A stretch of DNA of 64,000 nt from Fistulifera solaris (lineage: Eukaryota). Positions 1 to 11,225 of the stretch are shown here, in pieces. The notes below the pieces were generated by a model. That model saw only the letters and a program-made list of their open reading frames with translations. It was not told the DNA's origin and searched no databases. How positions within the stretch are numbered: the stretch's first letter is position 1; each line of letters begins with the position of its first letter. The position numbers were made by a program, and so were the translations under genes. The stretch lies in contig AP026123.1 in assembly GCA_030295235.1 (NCBI GenBank), positions 2,232,001 through 2,296,000 of the forward strand, read 5' to 3'.

Positions 1-699
1 CGATGTTGTCACAAGACCTAATTCGCTCACATTTACCTCTAAAATAGTTCCCTTGGTCAGTACACCCAAATTCGTGTACAAGGCAGACGACGGGTTCTTC
101 TTGACGCCCAAAATATCCAATTGAAAGGTTGTTTTCAGTTCCGGATGCGTGACGTTCGCCTTCTTCATTCGCAGTCCACTGGGCCGAATGAATCGTTCGT
201 ATTTCGGGTTCTTTCGAGTAAACGAGTCACCGACGAATGTGCACTTGGTCACCATACGCTTCCAAGCTTTATTTCGCTTCTTACCCGTTCGTAACGTCTT
301 GAACATTTCATCGTCGGCCACCGGTTTGACTTTTGGGGATGGGGACCTCCCATTTACCGGCCTTTTCTTTGCGTTTCTGTTTGATGGTATTCGACAACAC
401 CTTGGCGCGACTCACTCCCTGTCGATCGAGCAAGTACGCCGGGACGGCACCTTCCGCCACAGCGTCATCGTCGGCGTGCTTGTTGTTGCGTTGATTGTGC
501 TGCGCGATCGTTTTGCGTAACGTAGCCTTTTCTTTAAAACGGCGTTTCTGATATAATTTGGCTCGAATACCGTGTACTTTCTGGGCGAATTCGGATCGTT
601 TGTGAGCCAGACGTGCTTCTTTTTGCGCTCTTTTTCTTCCGCATCGAACCGCCGTCCATGCAGCTTCGCATGCCGTTCCATATGTTCGTGTTGCGGCAT
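1..699 (-). CDS. NSA2: Ribosome biogenesis protein NSA2 (3' end outside window; frameshifted in this sequence)
   Basis: ATG at 699 gives [27 protein letters not shown]. Positions 70-1 read [23 protein letters not shown]. Both are typical NSA2 segments. The frame changes between them. Confidence 0.9.
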
Positions 700-1298
700 T
701 CTAATGTGTCTGTGTCTTTTATACCTAGCAAAATGGGTTTTGACTGTTCTTGAGTTTACGAGAAGGTTTGATAGAACAATAACAGGAAAGGCACTTATTG
801 CGATAAAGAAAACGCTTTGCGTCGCATGCTCGCTGGCAGAAGTAAACAAAACAAACGTGCGACGAGATTGGTGGCGAAGACAGGTTATGAGCTTCAACAA
901 AGTGAGACTGATGCAGTGACAGACATCATTATATACGTAGTATGTACGTAGTAACCAAGGAACTTATTTTATACCATGTCGTGATAACTGTTATTTGTCG
1001 TTTCGTTAATAAAAAATAGCGTGTAGGCGGACGAGAAAAAATGTGATGCACAAAGGCGGCCGCATGCGATGACCATGATGATGGCGACAACGATGATTGA
1101 TAACAAAATCAAAATTTGAGATGATTCAACGTTTACTTGCAAAGAGTAAATCAAGGAAGTCGAAATGACACTATCAAAAGGTTTCAATAGAAGCAAAAAG
1201 TTGAAGAATTGAAGGAACCAAAGTTAGTGAGCTCCCATTGAAAATTTGGTTTCACCAAAAACGAGTCACAACAACACTACAGCTGCGGACACTTCAAA

Positions 1299-2050
1299 AT
1301 GAATGCTGACGGGACTGATGCTGCCATATCGTCCTCAAATAATTACCTTTGGACCACCAAGGAGCGGTTAACTGTCCCCAACCAGCTATCATCGATAAAC
1401 GCAAGGAATGAAGCGGAGAGAAAAGATCGGTTCTACAAGGAGGCGACCGTAGATTACGTTCGACAGGAAGGCAATGCGCACAAGCAAGTGCGTTACGTTT
1501 GTCCTTTATGTGTTCTGGACGGGAAGAACGAATTGGCGCACGCGGTCCATTTTAGCTTGGATTTCTACCGAGATCCGTCCGATCAAAGTTATGATCCCGA
1601 CAACGATCCGATGCTGGAACGTGGCTCGAAGTTTTACTTTCATAACGACCAGTACAGACTACCTATACCATCGCGGAAGATGAACAATGCGAACGACGAA
1701 AAGATCAGGAAGGTCGCCTTAGGAAAACGTACTAAACTTAGAGCTCATGTACGAGATGTGCATGGAGAAGGAGTCATGCCCTTTGCGTTGACCTTGGAGT
1801 CAGATTACGAGCCAATTAGCGAGGAACTGACAGCTATCTTTGTCGAATGAAGAATGTACCCATGGTTTCAGCAGAGGAGGATCCCGATGCGTACAAAGAG
1901 TTGAAGCAAAAGGTTGCTAATTGGCGCTCGACGGAGAAGCTCAAGCGTGATCCGAATGGTGAAGCAGCAAAAACAAGGAGAGAAAGTAAGACAAAGACCA
2001 TGAGAAAGCTAAGAGCGAAAGTAGCTGCTAAGAAGGTAGTAGTAAAGTAA
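1299..2050 (+). CDS. Hypothetical protein with a split C2H2-like zinc finger and basic C-terminus
   Basis: ORFs 1299-1850 and 1847-2050 abut with one frame change. Motifs YVCPLC and KLRAHVRDVHG; Lys/Arg-rich tail. Confidence 0.5.
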
Positions 2051-2104
2051 AAAGAATGTTCATAGAAAAATCAGACTTCGTGTTATGCCTTACTTTGTGA
2101 ACAA

Positions 2105-3091
2105 CTATATAGGTTCATCGTCATCAGTTGCAAAATCTCCCTCTCTCTCCCCCGTTATCGGATCCATACCGCAACTCGTTCGCAGATTTTGGTCCAGCAA
2201 ATGTCTTGGTTTTACTGTGTGCAGCGATTGCAGCAAATTGATTTTCGCCGTCGGCGTTAAAGCCGTCATCGACGACAATAATAATTTCATCTGCGGTCGC
2301 TGTAAATTCGCTTGATTGCTGCACAAGTTGCAAGGTAAAATTGGAAACTCCATGCTGCTGGCATAGGTTGCAATGTCATCTTCCCAACACTGTATGAGAG
2401 GACGCAAAACTCCCAGTGATCCCCGTTGACTGGTGTAGCGTGCCGGCATGGCGCTGAGCTGGCCTCCATGTATCATATTTAACATCAAAGTCTCAAGGCA
2501 GTCATCCGCATGATGTCCCAAAGTGATCTTATTGCAGCCTAGTTCAATGGCTTTGGAATACAGAATTCCCCGGCGCAAACGACTGCAAACGGTACAATAC
2601 GATTTCCCCGGTGCGGTCTTGTCGACCACAATCGAATAGGTGTCTTCTTCGATGACACAGAAATCATGCTGCGGATAGTCTTCACGAAACCAGTTCACTA
2701 AAACCGTTCCGTCGTATCCAGGTTGTTTCTGATCGACATGCACCGCTGTCAAACGGAAATCTACGGGGAGTTTCTCTTGCAACAGAGTCAACAAATGCCA
2801 CAAGGTAGCCGAGTCCTTCCCGCCTGAAACACACACCATGATATGATCTCCATCTTCTAGCATATTATAACTCAGAGCTGTTTGACGCAAGTTTTTGAGC
2901 AGCCGACCCTGCAATTTGTACAGATCTGGATCGGTGTCTTGCAGTCGATTGCTTTTGGTTGATGTGTTGGGATCCGTAGTTGTGAGAGGAGAAGTCGACC
3001 ACAAACGACGCGGAGCACTTTGCAAATAGCGACGTAGTTTCCATGCTTGGCACAAGCATAGTAAGTGAAAGATAATCGACGATCGCATCAT
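2105..3091 (-). CDS. ttcA: tRNA 2-thiocytidine(32) synthase, TtcA family, with N-terminal targeting peptide
   Basis: PP-loop SGGKDS, VHVDQKQPG, CTVCSRLRRG, LGHHADD and PCNLC. Probable start MMRSSIIFHLLCLCQAW at 3091. Confidence 0.9.
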   Translation of the reverse strand: MMRSSIIFHLLCLCQAWKLRRYLQSAPRRLWSTSPLTTTDPNTSTKSNRLQDTDPDLYKLQGRLLKNLRQTALSYNMLEDGDHIMVCVSGGKDSATLWHLLTLLQEKLPVDFRLTAVHVDQKQPGYDGTVLVNWFREDYPQHDFCVIEEDTYSIVVDKTAPGKSYCTVCSRLRRGILYSKAIELGCNKITLGHHADDCLETLMLNMIHGGQLSAMPARYTSQRGSLGVLRPLIQCWEDDIATYASSMEFPILPCNLCSNQANLQRPQMKLLLSSMTALTPTAKINLLQSLHTVKPRHLLDQNLRTSCGMDPITGEREGDFATDDDEPI

Positions 3092-3507
3092 GGACCAAGG
3101 GGGTCGAGTTGAAATGAAAATGAATGATAGGCGACAAAACAGAAAACGGCGGCGGGGGCGGGCGGGAAACGTTCGTCGTGCGATTGTGCGATGCGACAAG
3201 CACGAGCGTGCCTTGATGTCTCGTCTGAAGGACAGACCCAAATCTCGTACGGACGACGTAAGGTCCATGCAACGACCCAGTCTTTTCCTTTCTCTCTAGC
3301 TAGACCTAGTCTAGCTATCTTCCTAGCCAGACCATGGAGAGCATGCGAGAAAACCCCCGAGTAAGACCCCTTTAGCACTCTCTTGCAATGAAATTAACAT
3401 CCATGTGGTCATTGTACCGTAAACCCCTCGCTGGATAGACGAGCACTATAAGCATGACCCCGAAAGTCTCACAGTTTCGGCGTCCCTCACTCCAGCATTC
3501 CAATCAC

Positions 3508-4224
3508 TCAATTTTCGTGCCTACTCCTTTTTATTTTCCGAGCTGACTTTTTATGCTTCCTTTGTTTTCTTCGTTTTCTATTGGTTTTGGACGACCGTGA
3601 AGACGAACTAGTTGATCGATCGTCATTCTTGGTTTTACTTGACAGGGGAGCAGTCGTGTCAGCAGGTTCTTGCTCTGCCAAATTCAACCAAGATTCGTAA
3701 ACAGCTAAAGCAGGATCTTTCTCCTTTCGACATTCGAACAGAAGAATTGAACAACGAAGGCACAAATGTAGCTTCACAAGCTCCTGTTTCTCTTCATTCC
3801 GTTCTTGATACGTGAATGGAACTTCAAAGTTGCGCATTAGCAGTCCAGCTGGAATCTGTGCTATAGCGGCATGTGCCTTGGATCGGCTGGTAGATTGCAG
3901 CATGGCGAGTGCTCGTTTTTCTTCACGAGGATCCACGGGTATCGGAGGGGCAGGACAGTGCTTATTGCCACAAGTCACCGAACCACGACCACTTTCCACT
4001 TCTGGTTTCGTTCGCCATCGCAATCCCAGTTGCGGTTTTCGCGTAAAATCTGCCAAAGCGTATTCCTTGTATAAGTGTTGGTGATAATGCTGGACCATGC
4101 GTTTCTGCCACGATGATGTTTCATTCTCGGATGGAATGAACTCGTAGTGTTCCTTTAGGGCAGCGCGGTCGGCTTCGGTAATGATAGAAAGAGGGCGCTT
4201 CTTGCTAGGTGGAAAGGATGCCAT
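3508..4224 (-). CDS. FRA10AC1: FRA10AC1 homolog (spliceosome-associated)
   Basis: LYKEYALAD, LGLRWRT..EV..G.G...CGNKHC, FEVPFTYQE, LVKLHLCLRC; basic tail. Confidence 0.85.
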   Translation of the reverse strand: MASFPPSKKRPLSIITEADRAALKEHYEFIPSENETSSWQKRMVQHYHQHLYKEYALADFTRKPQLGLRWRTKPEVESGRGSVTCGNKHCPAPPIPVDPREEKRALAMLQSTSRSKAHAAIAQIPAGLLMRNFEVPFTYQERNEEKQELVKLHLCLRCSILLFECRKEKDPALAVYESWLNLAEQEPADTTAPLSSKTKNDDRSTSSSSRSSKTNRKRRKQRKHKKSARKIKRSRHEN

Positions 4225-4486
4225 TTGCAATGATCAAAATGCTACTGATGACGATGGATAATAATTTTCACCATTCAAAGGATCGACGAGTGTGCACACA
4301 CGACGAGATAAATGTCATCCTCGTCGTGTATGTGCGTCCATTATGTTGCGGTTCTCAATAGTACTACATATTCTATAGTGCATACCGAAAAGACATATTC
4401 CGCATGCAGCCACGTTGAAAACACCGCATCTTTTATCATGGTCCCTCGTATCTGCATAGCTCATTAATAGTAGGTTAAGAAAGCTT

Positions 4487-5894
4487 CTAAAGGAGAGAAC
4501 TGGTGAATATGTAGGTGATAGTAAGCAGCGAAAGCCAACTCGCTACACTGCGCCGTGATGATGCACTCTCTGATGGCGAATCTGCCCCACTTTCCGGATT
4601 TTGTGAGGCTATTGACTTCCATTCCGGATCGTCGAGACTGTATCCGTCCCATGTTTGATGTATGTAGCAAAGTCCAACCGCACCTGAACGCTCTTCTTCA
4701 GTAAGCTCATCCCAGGACTTTTCCTCGGAAGCAGGTACTTCGTCGGTTTCTCCGTCCCAGCTGGATTGTGACCAACCCAGAGAGGTAAAATGACTATCAA
4801 CGCCCACGCTTTCTAGAGCTTCCCAGGAAAATGATATGTAATGATGTACATAACAGTCCCATTGTTCCTCACTAAAACCCATCTCGGATATATTGTCGAT
4901 ATCAACCTGGCGCTCTGCTTCTGCAAGTCCCTCAATGCTGTAATACTCGATATCAGCAGTCCCTGGTGTGTTCCAAGTGTCTTTGTCATATCCCAGTTCA
5001 GAAGCCAGTTTCTTTTTATCTTCTGATAAGTCGCCCCATACCACATAACGGATTTCATCCACGGAAGGTATTGAGGGAGCATCTTCGCCATTCTGTTGCG
5101 CTTGAGATGGCGAAGCGGTTTCTTGTGATCCAGAGGTAGGCGGGTCAGTTTGCGGAGTATTCTGCTGCGATGTAGGAGCATTCGTTGGTCGACTGGTTGG
5201 TTCATTATTTTCCTGGGCAACAGGAGCAGGCGTGTTTTCATCCATGACCGGGCTTTTGGTAACTGTAATTGGTGATTGGCTGGGTGCTAACGATGGGGGG
5301 AGTAACGGGAGCTGCTACGGGAGAGTCGGGGCTACTGCCCTCTGAAGTAGACGACTCCCAGTCTTCTATATTCACTCCATCCCATATTTCCTGAGTGAAG
5401 CAAAACTCAATAGCGGCCTGTTGTTGTCCGAGATTTAGTTTGTCCCACAACATGAACTCTGTCTCGGGTGAGGATGTCATACCGTCCCACATTTCTTCAT
5501 TCCACCCTAAAATGACGGCGAATACGACGACACCCTCATTTGCCAGCTCTTGCCAGCTAAAGTCTCTGTAATGATTTATATAGCAGTCCCAAACCGTCTC
5601 ATTAAATCCCAAGTCTTGAATGGCATCAACAACCTTACGACTTCCATCCGATTCGATCGTCTCGAAGCTGTAAAATTCCCATGGGTTGCTTCCCAGAGCG
5701 TTCCAACTTTGTTCATCGTAACCAAGAGACTCCGCGATAGGTACGACATCTTCATCCAAGGTACTATACGGTCGAAATCGATACGATGGATACTCGATGG
5801 CTCGCGTATTCAGGATTCGACCCGAAATCGCACCCCGTGCCAAGGGAATCAAATGTAGCCATGAGGAAACTAACAAAATTCCATTCGATCTCAT
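4487..5894 (-). CDS. Secreted, probably GPI-anchored protein with two Trp-rich repeat domains and a Pro/Ser/Thr linker
   Basis: Signal-like start MRSNGILLVSSWLHLIPLARG. Two domains share LGYD...WN..G...E.YS.E, WDCY..HY..FSW..L, LGW....WDG. Hydrophobic C-terminus. ORFs 5238-6125 and 4487-5245 join with one frameshift. Confidence 0.65.
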
Positions 5895-6282
5895 GTTACC
5901 CAAAATGATCCTTGGTCTAGTTGATGACTTTCGCAACGTTGATGGAACGATTCGGTTGCGTCCCCACCCTCCGATGATTCTTTTCGGCCGCACCGATGAA
6001 AAAGTGTTGCTTTGAATTTGACGTTCGACCGGCGATGACCAAAATTCACTATCTTTACTATTACAACGGAAAATCTGTGCGACCAATATCGGATGTTGAC
6101 TACTGTAGGAGAAACTGTTCAACAATATTTTTCAACTGAGAGGGGAGCTAACGACTGAGGGCTGGACTGAGAGCGAAACAAGGTTACAAGGATCCGTCTT
6201 CAAGCTTCTCCATAAGAGCTCTGTCGCCTATAAATTATTTTTAGCAGTTTAAAGTACATGCGACATTATTATATAAACAGGT

Positions 6283-7757
6283 TTATTGACCGTCCAATTT
6301 ACTAAGGTCAATGGTGGTTGCCTTCACAAGGTTAAGGAGGCGGGCCGTTTCTGCCTTGCTCAATTCATCGTTAAACTCAGGGTCCTCGAAATCTTCCTCC
6401 TCAATATTGATTGCATTATCATAAGTAAATTCCTTCCCGATCATCATCTTGGACTCGCTCGTGGCGTCGTCCTTAACAATTGCCTTTAACCTAGTGTCTT
6501 GCAATTCTTTTCGAGGACCTTACTTTTTAGTTGACCGCACCCTGCATCAATGTCGATACCCCGCCTTACCCGCGGCGTACACGCGATTCCAAAATCTTTC
6601 TCCAGTGTATTGACAAAATCGTTGACTCGCTTTCTATCGCTTGGATTACCACCGAATCCTCCGGTTGGGTTAAGAGGAATAACGTTGACGTGCACCATAT
6701 CTTTCCGTAATCTGCTCTTCTGAATGAGCCGAGCCAATTTTCGTGCAGTTTCAGGTGTATCGTTTTCACCGGCAATGAGGGCCCATTCAAGTGTGACTCT
6801 ACGTCCGGTAACTTCAATATATTCCCGTAAACAACCCATAAGTTCGTCCAAGCCTCCATAACGCTTATTAGCTGGCAGTAGAACGTCTCTCTCTTCATCT
6901 GTGGCGCAGTGCAAAGAAACGGCAAGCCGCACCTGCGGCATATTGGGATCAGTTGTCAGTTTTCGAATGTTGGGAACAATGCCCACGGTAGACACCGTAA
7001 TCTTTCTGGCACCGATTCCCAAATCTTGAGTAATGCGATTGATCGCCGTCGACACATGTCGGTAATTCGCCAGGGGTTCCCCCATGCCCATGAACACAAC
7101 ATTACTGAGCCGATTGCTGCGTCCGTGTTGTTTCGACTTTGTTTCATGCACAACATCCTCGTGTTGCGATTCGGCGGCAAATCTTGCCACTTGTTCAAAG
7201 ATTTCGTCCGCAGTCAATTGCCGAGAAAATCCCATTTGACCCGTCGCACAAAAGACGCAGCCTTGAGCACATCCGGCTTGGCTGCTGATGCATGCCGTGT
7301 ATCTGCCGTCTTCGTACGGCATGAGGACCGATTCGATGAGTTGACCATCATAACAACGATACGCCCGCTTGATCGTTCCATCTTTTGATCGCAATTCGGA
7401 GGCTAATTCCAGTGACGTTGGTTTGCTGTATTCCGCAAGTTGTTGTCGTAATTTTTTGGGAATATTGTTCATTTCCTCCACGTTAGTAACACCTTTGTCG
7501 CGAATCCAGTTCCAAACCTGATCGGCCCGGAAGCGAGGATGTCCCCACGATGTAATGACTGTTTCAAGATCTTTTTTCGTGACGGTGGAGAGATTTATGA
7601 ATTTGCTGTCGGAGAGGGCGGGAGTGCTACCGACATTGCACGCGACAAAGGCCCGGATGGGCTTTGAAACGAGATGAAAGGCACGAACCCGTCGAGCGGA
7701 GAATGCGGCTGCATACATTGTAGTCAGAAATAATATGAAACGACTCCAGCGAGTCAT
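6283..7757 (-). CDS. rlmN: Dual-specificity RNA methyltransferase RlmN (radical SAM), organelle-targeted
   Basis: CISSQAGCAQGCVFCATG, MGMGEP, SLH, DIDAGCGQL. The acidic tail in ORF 6283-6504 probably joins via a frameshift near 6500. Confidence 0.9.
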
Positions 7758-8215
7758 TTCCGACTATTTGCGGTAAATTGCAGGATATTGACCGTTTACT
7801 AAGTAGAAAAAAGCCGCGATAAGATGTTTGAAAAAGCAGACTGGAGAGGATATTGCATGTTGCATGTCGATGCAACAAAAATTATTCTTTTCCGCTGCGT
7901 CAAAAGTATTTGTGGCGCGATGCGGTCAGTAATAATGCCACGACAGACGACCAGACGCACAGCGACTGGATGCGGTTCGAGTCTTTGCTGTCTCTCTAGT
8001 TAAGGAAGACTCAAGACCGCTCATTTCGTTACTACGTGATATTTTGCGAAACTCCATGTTCCCCTATCGGTCTGCAGTGGTTAGAGAAGCCTTGAGTTTG
8101 TGCATAGCGGAACCCACGATCACACGTTCTGATGCTTCGAAAGTATTCACGTCTCGATGCACTTTCCCCGCGACTGGATCTGCCCGGGTCTTTTGGCGTG
8201 GTTTTTCAAATTGTG

Positions 8216-9418
8216 TCATCGATAGCCCAACAATTGTTCACTGCGCACATCTACATTGGCCTCAACCCACTCCTTTAACCCCGGAGGAACACTTCGTTGC
8301 TGCAATCGATTCGGCTGTGGCTCGGCAGGTTTACACTTCCGGGGCAGACGACCGGGTAATCCGGCTATTTGAGCGACTTGTTCCATCAGATGCTGTGTTC
8401 CTTTCTGCAATAAATCCTCATAACGTACTAAGACGAAGCCACCGAGTCGAAACAGGAGTGATAGCTGCAAGACGTGATTGGCGATTTTGTCCGCGCGTAG
8501 CTCCAGGATATTACTATACGCGTTTCCGGATCCATCTCGCTTCAACTCATACACTGGGAACATGGCGCGACGCATACCGAGCGGAATGTCGTTGATCATC
8601 GTTTTTGGTCGACACGGTATGACTTCCTCAAAATGAAAGTTGGTTTGACAAATGGCCTTGGTTTTCAGCCAAGTTTCAGTCTCCATTCGCTTCAACAATC
8701 CTTTTTCACCGTCTGGACGGGGCATAGTCCACGGCTTTGAGACAAATTCATTCCAAGGGAGCGGAGTGATCGTTTCGCTGGTCATATTCGCGACGTGATT
8801 GGGACTGTGGTACGGCACCTGGCTCATCGCTACGACCCAGTCGACAGGATTTCGTACAATGACAACCACAATACTGCGGCTATAATCCCTACCGTAACGA
8901 AGAGATTGAAAGAAGTGTTTCGATCGAACAAAATCTCGTTCGATCCTTCCGATAAATGGCTTCGATTCCGGAGCGAAGTAGAAACAATTTTGCATCTCTG
9001 TCGTAATCCATTTCGTGCCTGAGTGTCGTTCTCCCACGACATGTACTTTAAACGCCCTCTTATTAGTCGTCTCATTGTAAGAAGGCAGAAATCGTCCCGT
9101 CAAGCATCTCTGTACTTCATCCCATGTTTCGATTTCAGAATTCGAGCAGTTGGCGCTCAGCCTTCGCACTAAATGTGACGGCACACATTGTTGTATATCG
9201 CGCCACGTTTTCAATTCTTTACAAATTTTCGGATCTCGAATGTCGCTCACAATTTCCGCCATAATTTCGGGTGGATCGATCACCAGCTCGTTCGTGTCCG
9301 GTAAAAGCTTCGTGGTAGTAATCACTGAGATGCCGATGACCGCCAAGACCGATACGAGAAGGAGGCCTTTGAAGGTATCAAGGCGGCTAAGCCTCGGCAG
9401 CCTACCCGACCTTGTCAT
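8216..9418 (-). CDS. Type II membrane sulfotransferase-like protein
   Basis: N-terminal TM segment; VVGERHSGTKW (PAPS-loop-like), IVRNPVDW, VRYEDL. Confidence 0.65.
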   Translation of the reverse strand: MTRSGRLPRLSRLDTFKGLLLVSVLAVIGISVITTTKLLPDTNELVIDPPEIMAEIVSDIRDPKICKELKTWRDIQQCVPSHLVRRLSANCSNSEIETWDEVQRCLTGRFLPSYNETTNKRAFKVHVVGERHSGTKWITTEMQNCFYFAPESKPFIGRIERDFVRSKHFFQSLRYGRDYSRSIVVVIVRNPVDWVVAMSQVPYHSPNHVANMTSETITPLPWNEFVSKPWTMPRPDGEKGLLKRMETETWLKTKAICQTNFHFEEVIPCRPKTMINDIPLGMRRAMFPVYELKRDGSGNAYSNILELRADKIANHVLQLSLLFRLGGFVLVRYEDLLQKGTQHLMEQVAQIAGLPGRLPRKCKPAEPQPNRLQQRSVPPGLKEWVEANVDVRSEQLLGYR

Positions 9419-9668
9419 CTTAAGAGAGAAGCTTCTCTTGGATAGGAACCACAATGTATAACGTCCAGCATTCTTCTTCAGGCGTAGTCTTCTTTATCTG
9501 GTCGCGAAAATTGAAAATGTTGTTTATTTTGCGTGTTTTTTTTTTTTTTTGTTCGTCGCTCGTTTCCTTCAGGTCATTTTGTTCTAGTTTTTCAAAGAGA
9601 GTTCGGTACCGTTACGATTTTAGCCAAGACTATAGATTGTACTCCGATAGTATTTATTTGCAAAACTA

Positions 9669-10263
9669 CAGGGACGAAGTTAAAAGTGTCTATCTACAAT
9701 TTGCATCACAGTACGATAAAGCATCTCATCATCTGTACGAGGCTTAAAAATTACTGTTCTTTTTGTATTATCCTAAATCTCGATACATTATTGTAGGAAT
9801 CACTTTATCCATGACTCAAAACGCTACAGTTTTGTATTGATAGAGATTTTGTCTATCAAAATAAGAGACATTGTCTATCTATAAAGAGATATAGTCTCTT
9901 TTAAGAGAGACATCGTCTCCTTCTAAGTAGACTTCGTCTCTCTATAAAGAGACGTTTTCTTTTCAAGTACAAATCGTCGTAGAAAAAAGTCTCTTTGTAG
10001 AGAGACGAAGTCTACTTAGAAAGAGACAATGTCTCTCTTTAAGAGACTATATCTACAATGTCTCTTTTAGATAGATCAAGTCTCCATCAATACAAAACTG
10101 TAGCGTTTTGAGTCATGGATAAAGTGATTCCTACAATAATGTATATAGATTTGAGCTCATACAAGAGAACAGTAATATTTTAGCCCGGTACAGCTTTGTA
10201 TAAATAAGATACCTATAGTACTGTGCTACAGTTTGTAGATAGACATTTTTAACTTCGTCCCAG
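9669..10263. mobile_element. Foldback MITE A (Tc1/mariner-type ends, TA TSD)
   Basis: TA|CAGGGACGAAGTTAAAAGTGTCTATCTACAA ... TTGTAGATAGACATTTTTAACTTCGTCCCAG|TA. The inverted arms run almost to the centre (~9960-9980). Confidence 0.85.
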
Positions 10264-10280
10264 TACTACGTAGGTATTTG

Positions 10281-10662
10281 TAGACCTTCGGAAGGACGTT
10301 AAAATTCTGCCTTTCAGTACAAGTTTCTACGTGGAGCCTACGGCGAGGCAGAATTTTAACGTCGTCTCAGACCCGGGTCCTTTTTCTTGAGAAGGGTAGG
10401 GTAACGGGTGGGCAGGGTAGGGCAAGGGTAATTACCCTTCCCTTTACCCGTGAACGCATAGTGCATAGTACACAAATCAGTCCTGTTTATTTTGAGTCCC
10501 GACCAGTGTGACGTTGTTACTGTGTCTCGTTAAGTACGTTAGTGAGGCTAGCAATTACCCTGGTCGGTACAGGGTAGAAAAGGATGAGCCGGGTAGGGAA
10601 AGGGACCAGGGTACCAGGTACCCTGGTAATTTCCTACCCTTTGGACCCGGGTCAGAGGTCTA
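10281..10662. mobile_element. hAT-like non-autonomous element B (8-bp TSD)
   Basis: GGTATTTG directly repeated at 10273-10280 and 10663-10670. Termini TAGACCT...AGGTCTA. GACCCGGGTCC is inverted near both ends. Many internal AGGGTA motifs. Confidence 0.75.
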
Positions 10663-10689
10663 GGTATTTGCTCCGAAACTATAGTAGTA

Positions 10690-11154
10690 CAAGTCAAAAA
10701 TGTCTTTCGCACGTTGGCATGACTTTCGCACCTTCAGTACCAAATAAATCATAAAATCTACAAAAATAGCGATATAACTTTTCTAACGGAACATATCGAT
10801 TGCTTTTATTTAGAGCTTTCCAAAACACCACGATTTGTTATTAACAGACAAAAGCTCGTTGAGTTATTCAACGAAAACTTGACGAACCGGAAAAAGTGGG
10901 GTAAATTTTTTCACGTAGAAAAATGTACCGTGACCTACAGCACGACTTTCGCACCTTCGACCTCTTTTTGAAATGTAAATATCAGCCCGAAAACGATAGA
11001 TATTAAGATATTAAACATTTTAATCTGCTTTTTAAACGTTTAGGTTGTATTTTATAAAAAAGAACAAGCGAAAAGTATAAGTTTTGATTGTTTTACGGAG
11101 TATGACCTTTCAAAAAATAGGGTAAATGAAGGTGCGAAAGACATTTTTGACTTG
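10690..11154. mobile_element. MITE C copy 1 (Tc1/mariner-type, TA TSD)
   Basis: TIR CAAGTCAAAAATGTCTTTCGCAC / GTGCGAAAGACATTTTTGACTTG flanked by TA. Internal GACTTTCGCACCTTC repeats. Near-identical copy at 48816-49272. Confidence 0.9.
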
Positions 11155-11225
11155 TACATAATGTTTAGCAATCGATTCTTAATCATCATCGTCATATTCA
11201 TAGCTATTTGTCTCGTAATAGTCCA

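Noticed and set aside
3290..3370. CTAG-rich stutter upstream of ttcA
   Set aside because: Too short and irregular to distinguish from chance.
4292..4336. Short hairpin GCACACACGACGAG...CTCGTCGTGTATGTGC upstream of FRA10AC1
   Set aside because: Single short inverted repeat with no TSD, second copy or RNA-family features.
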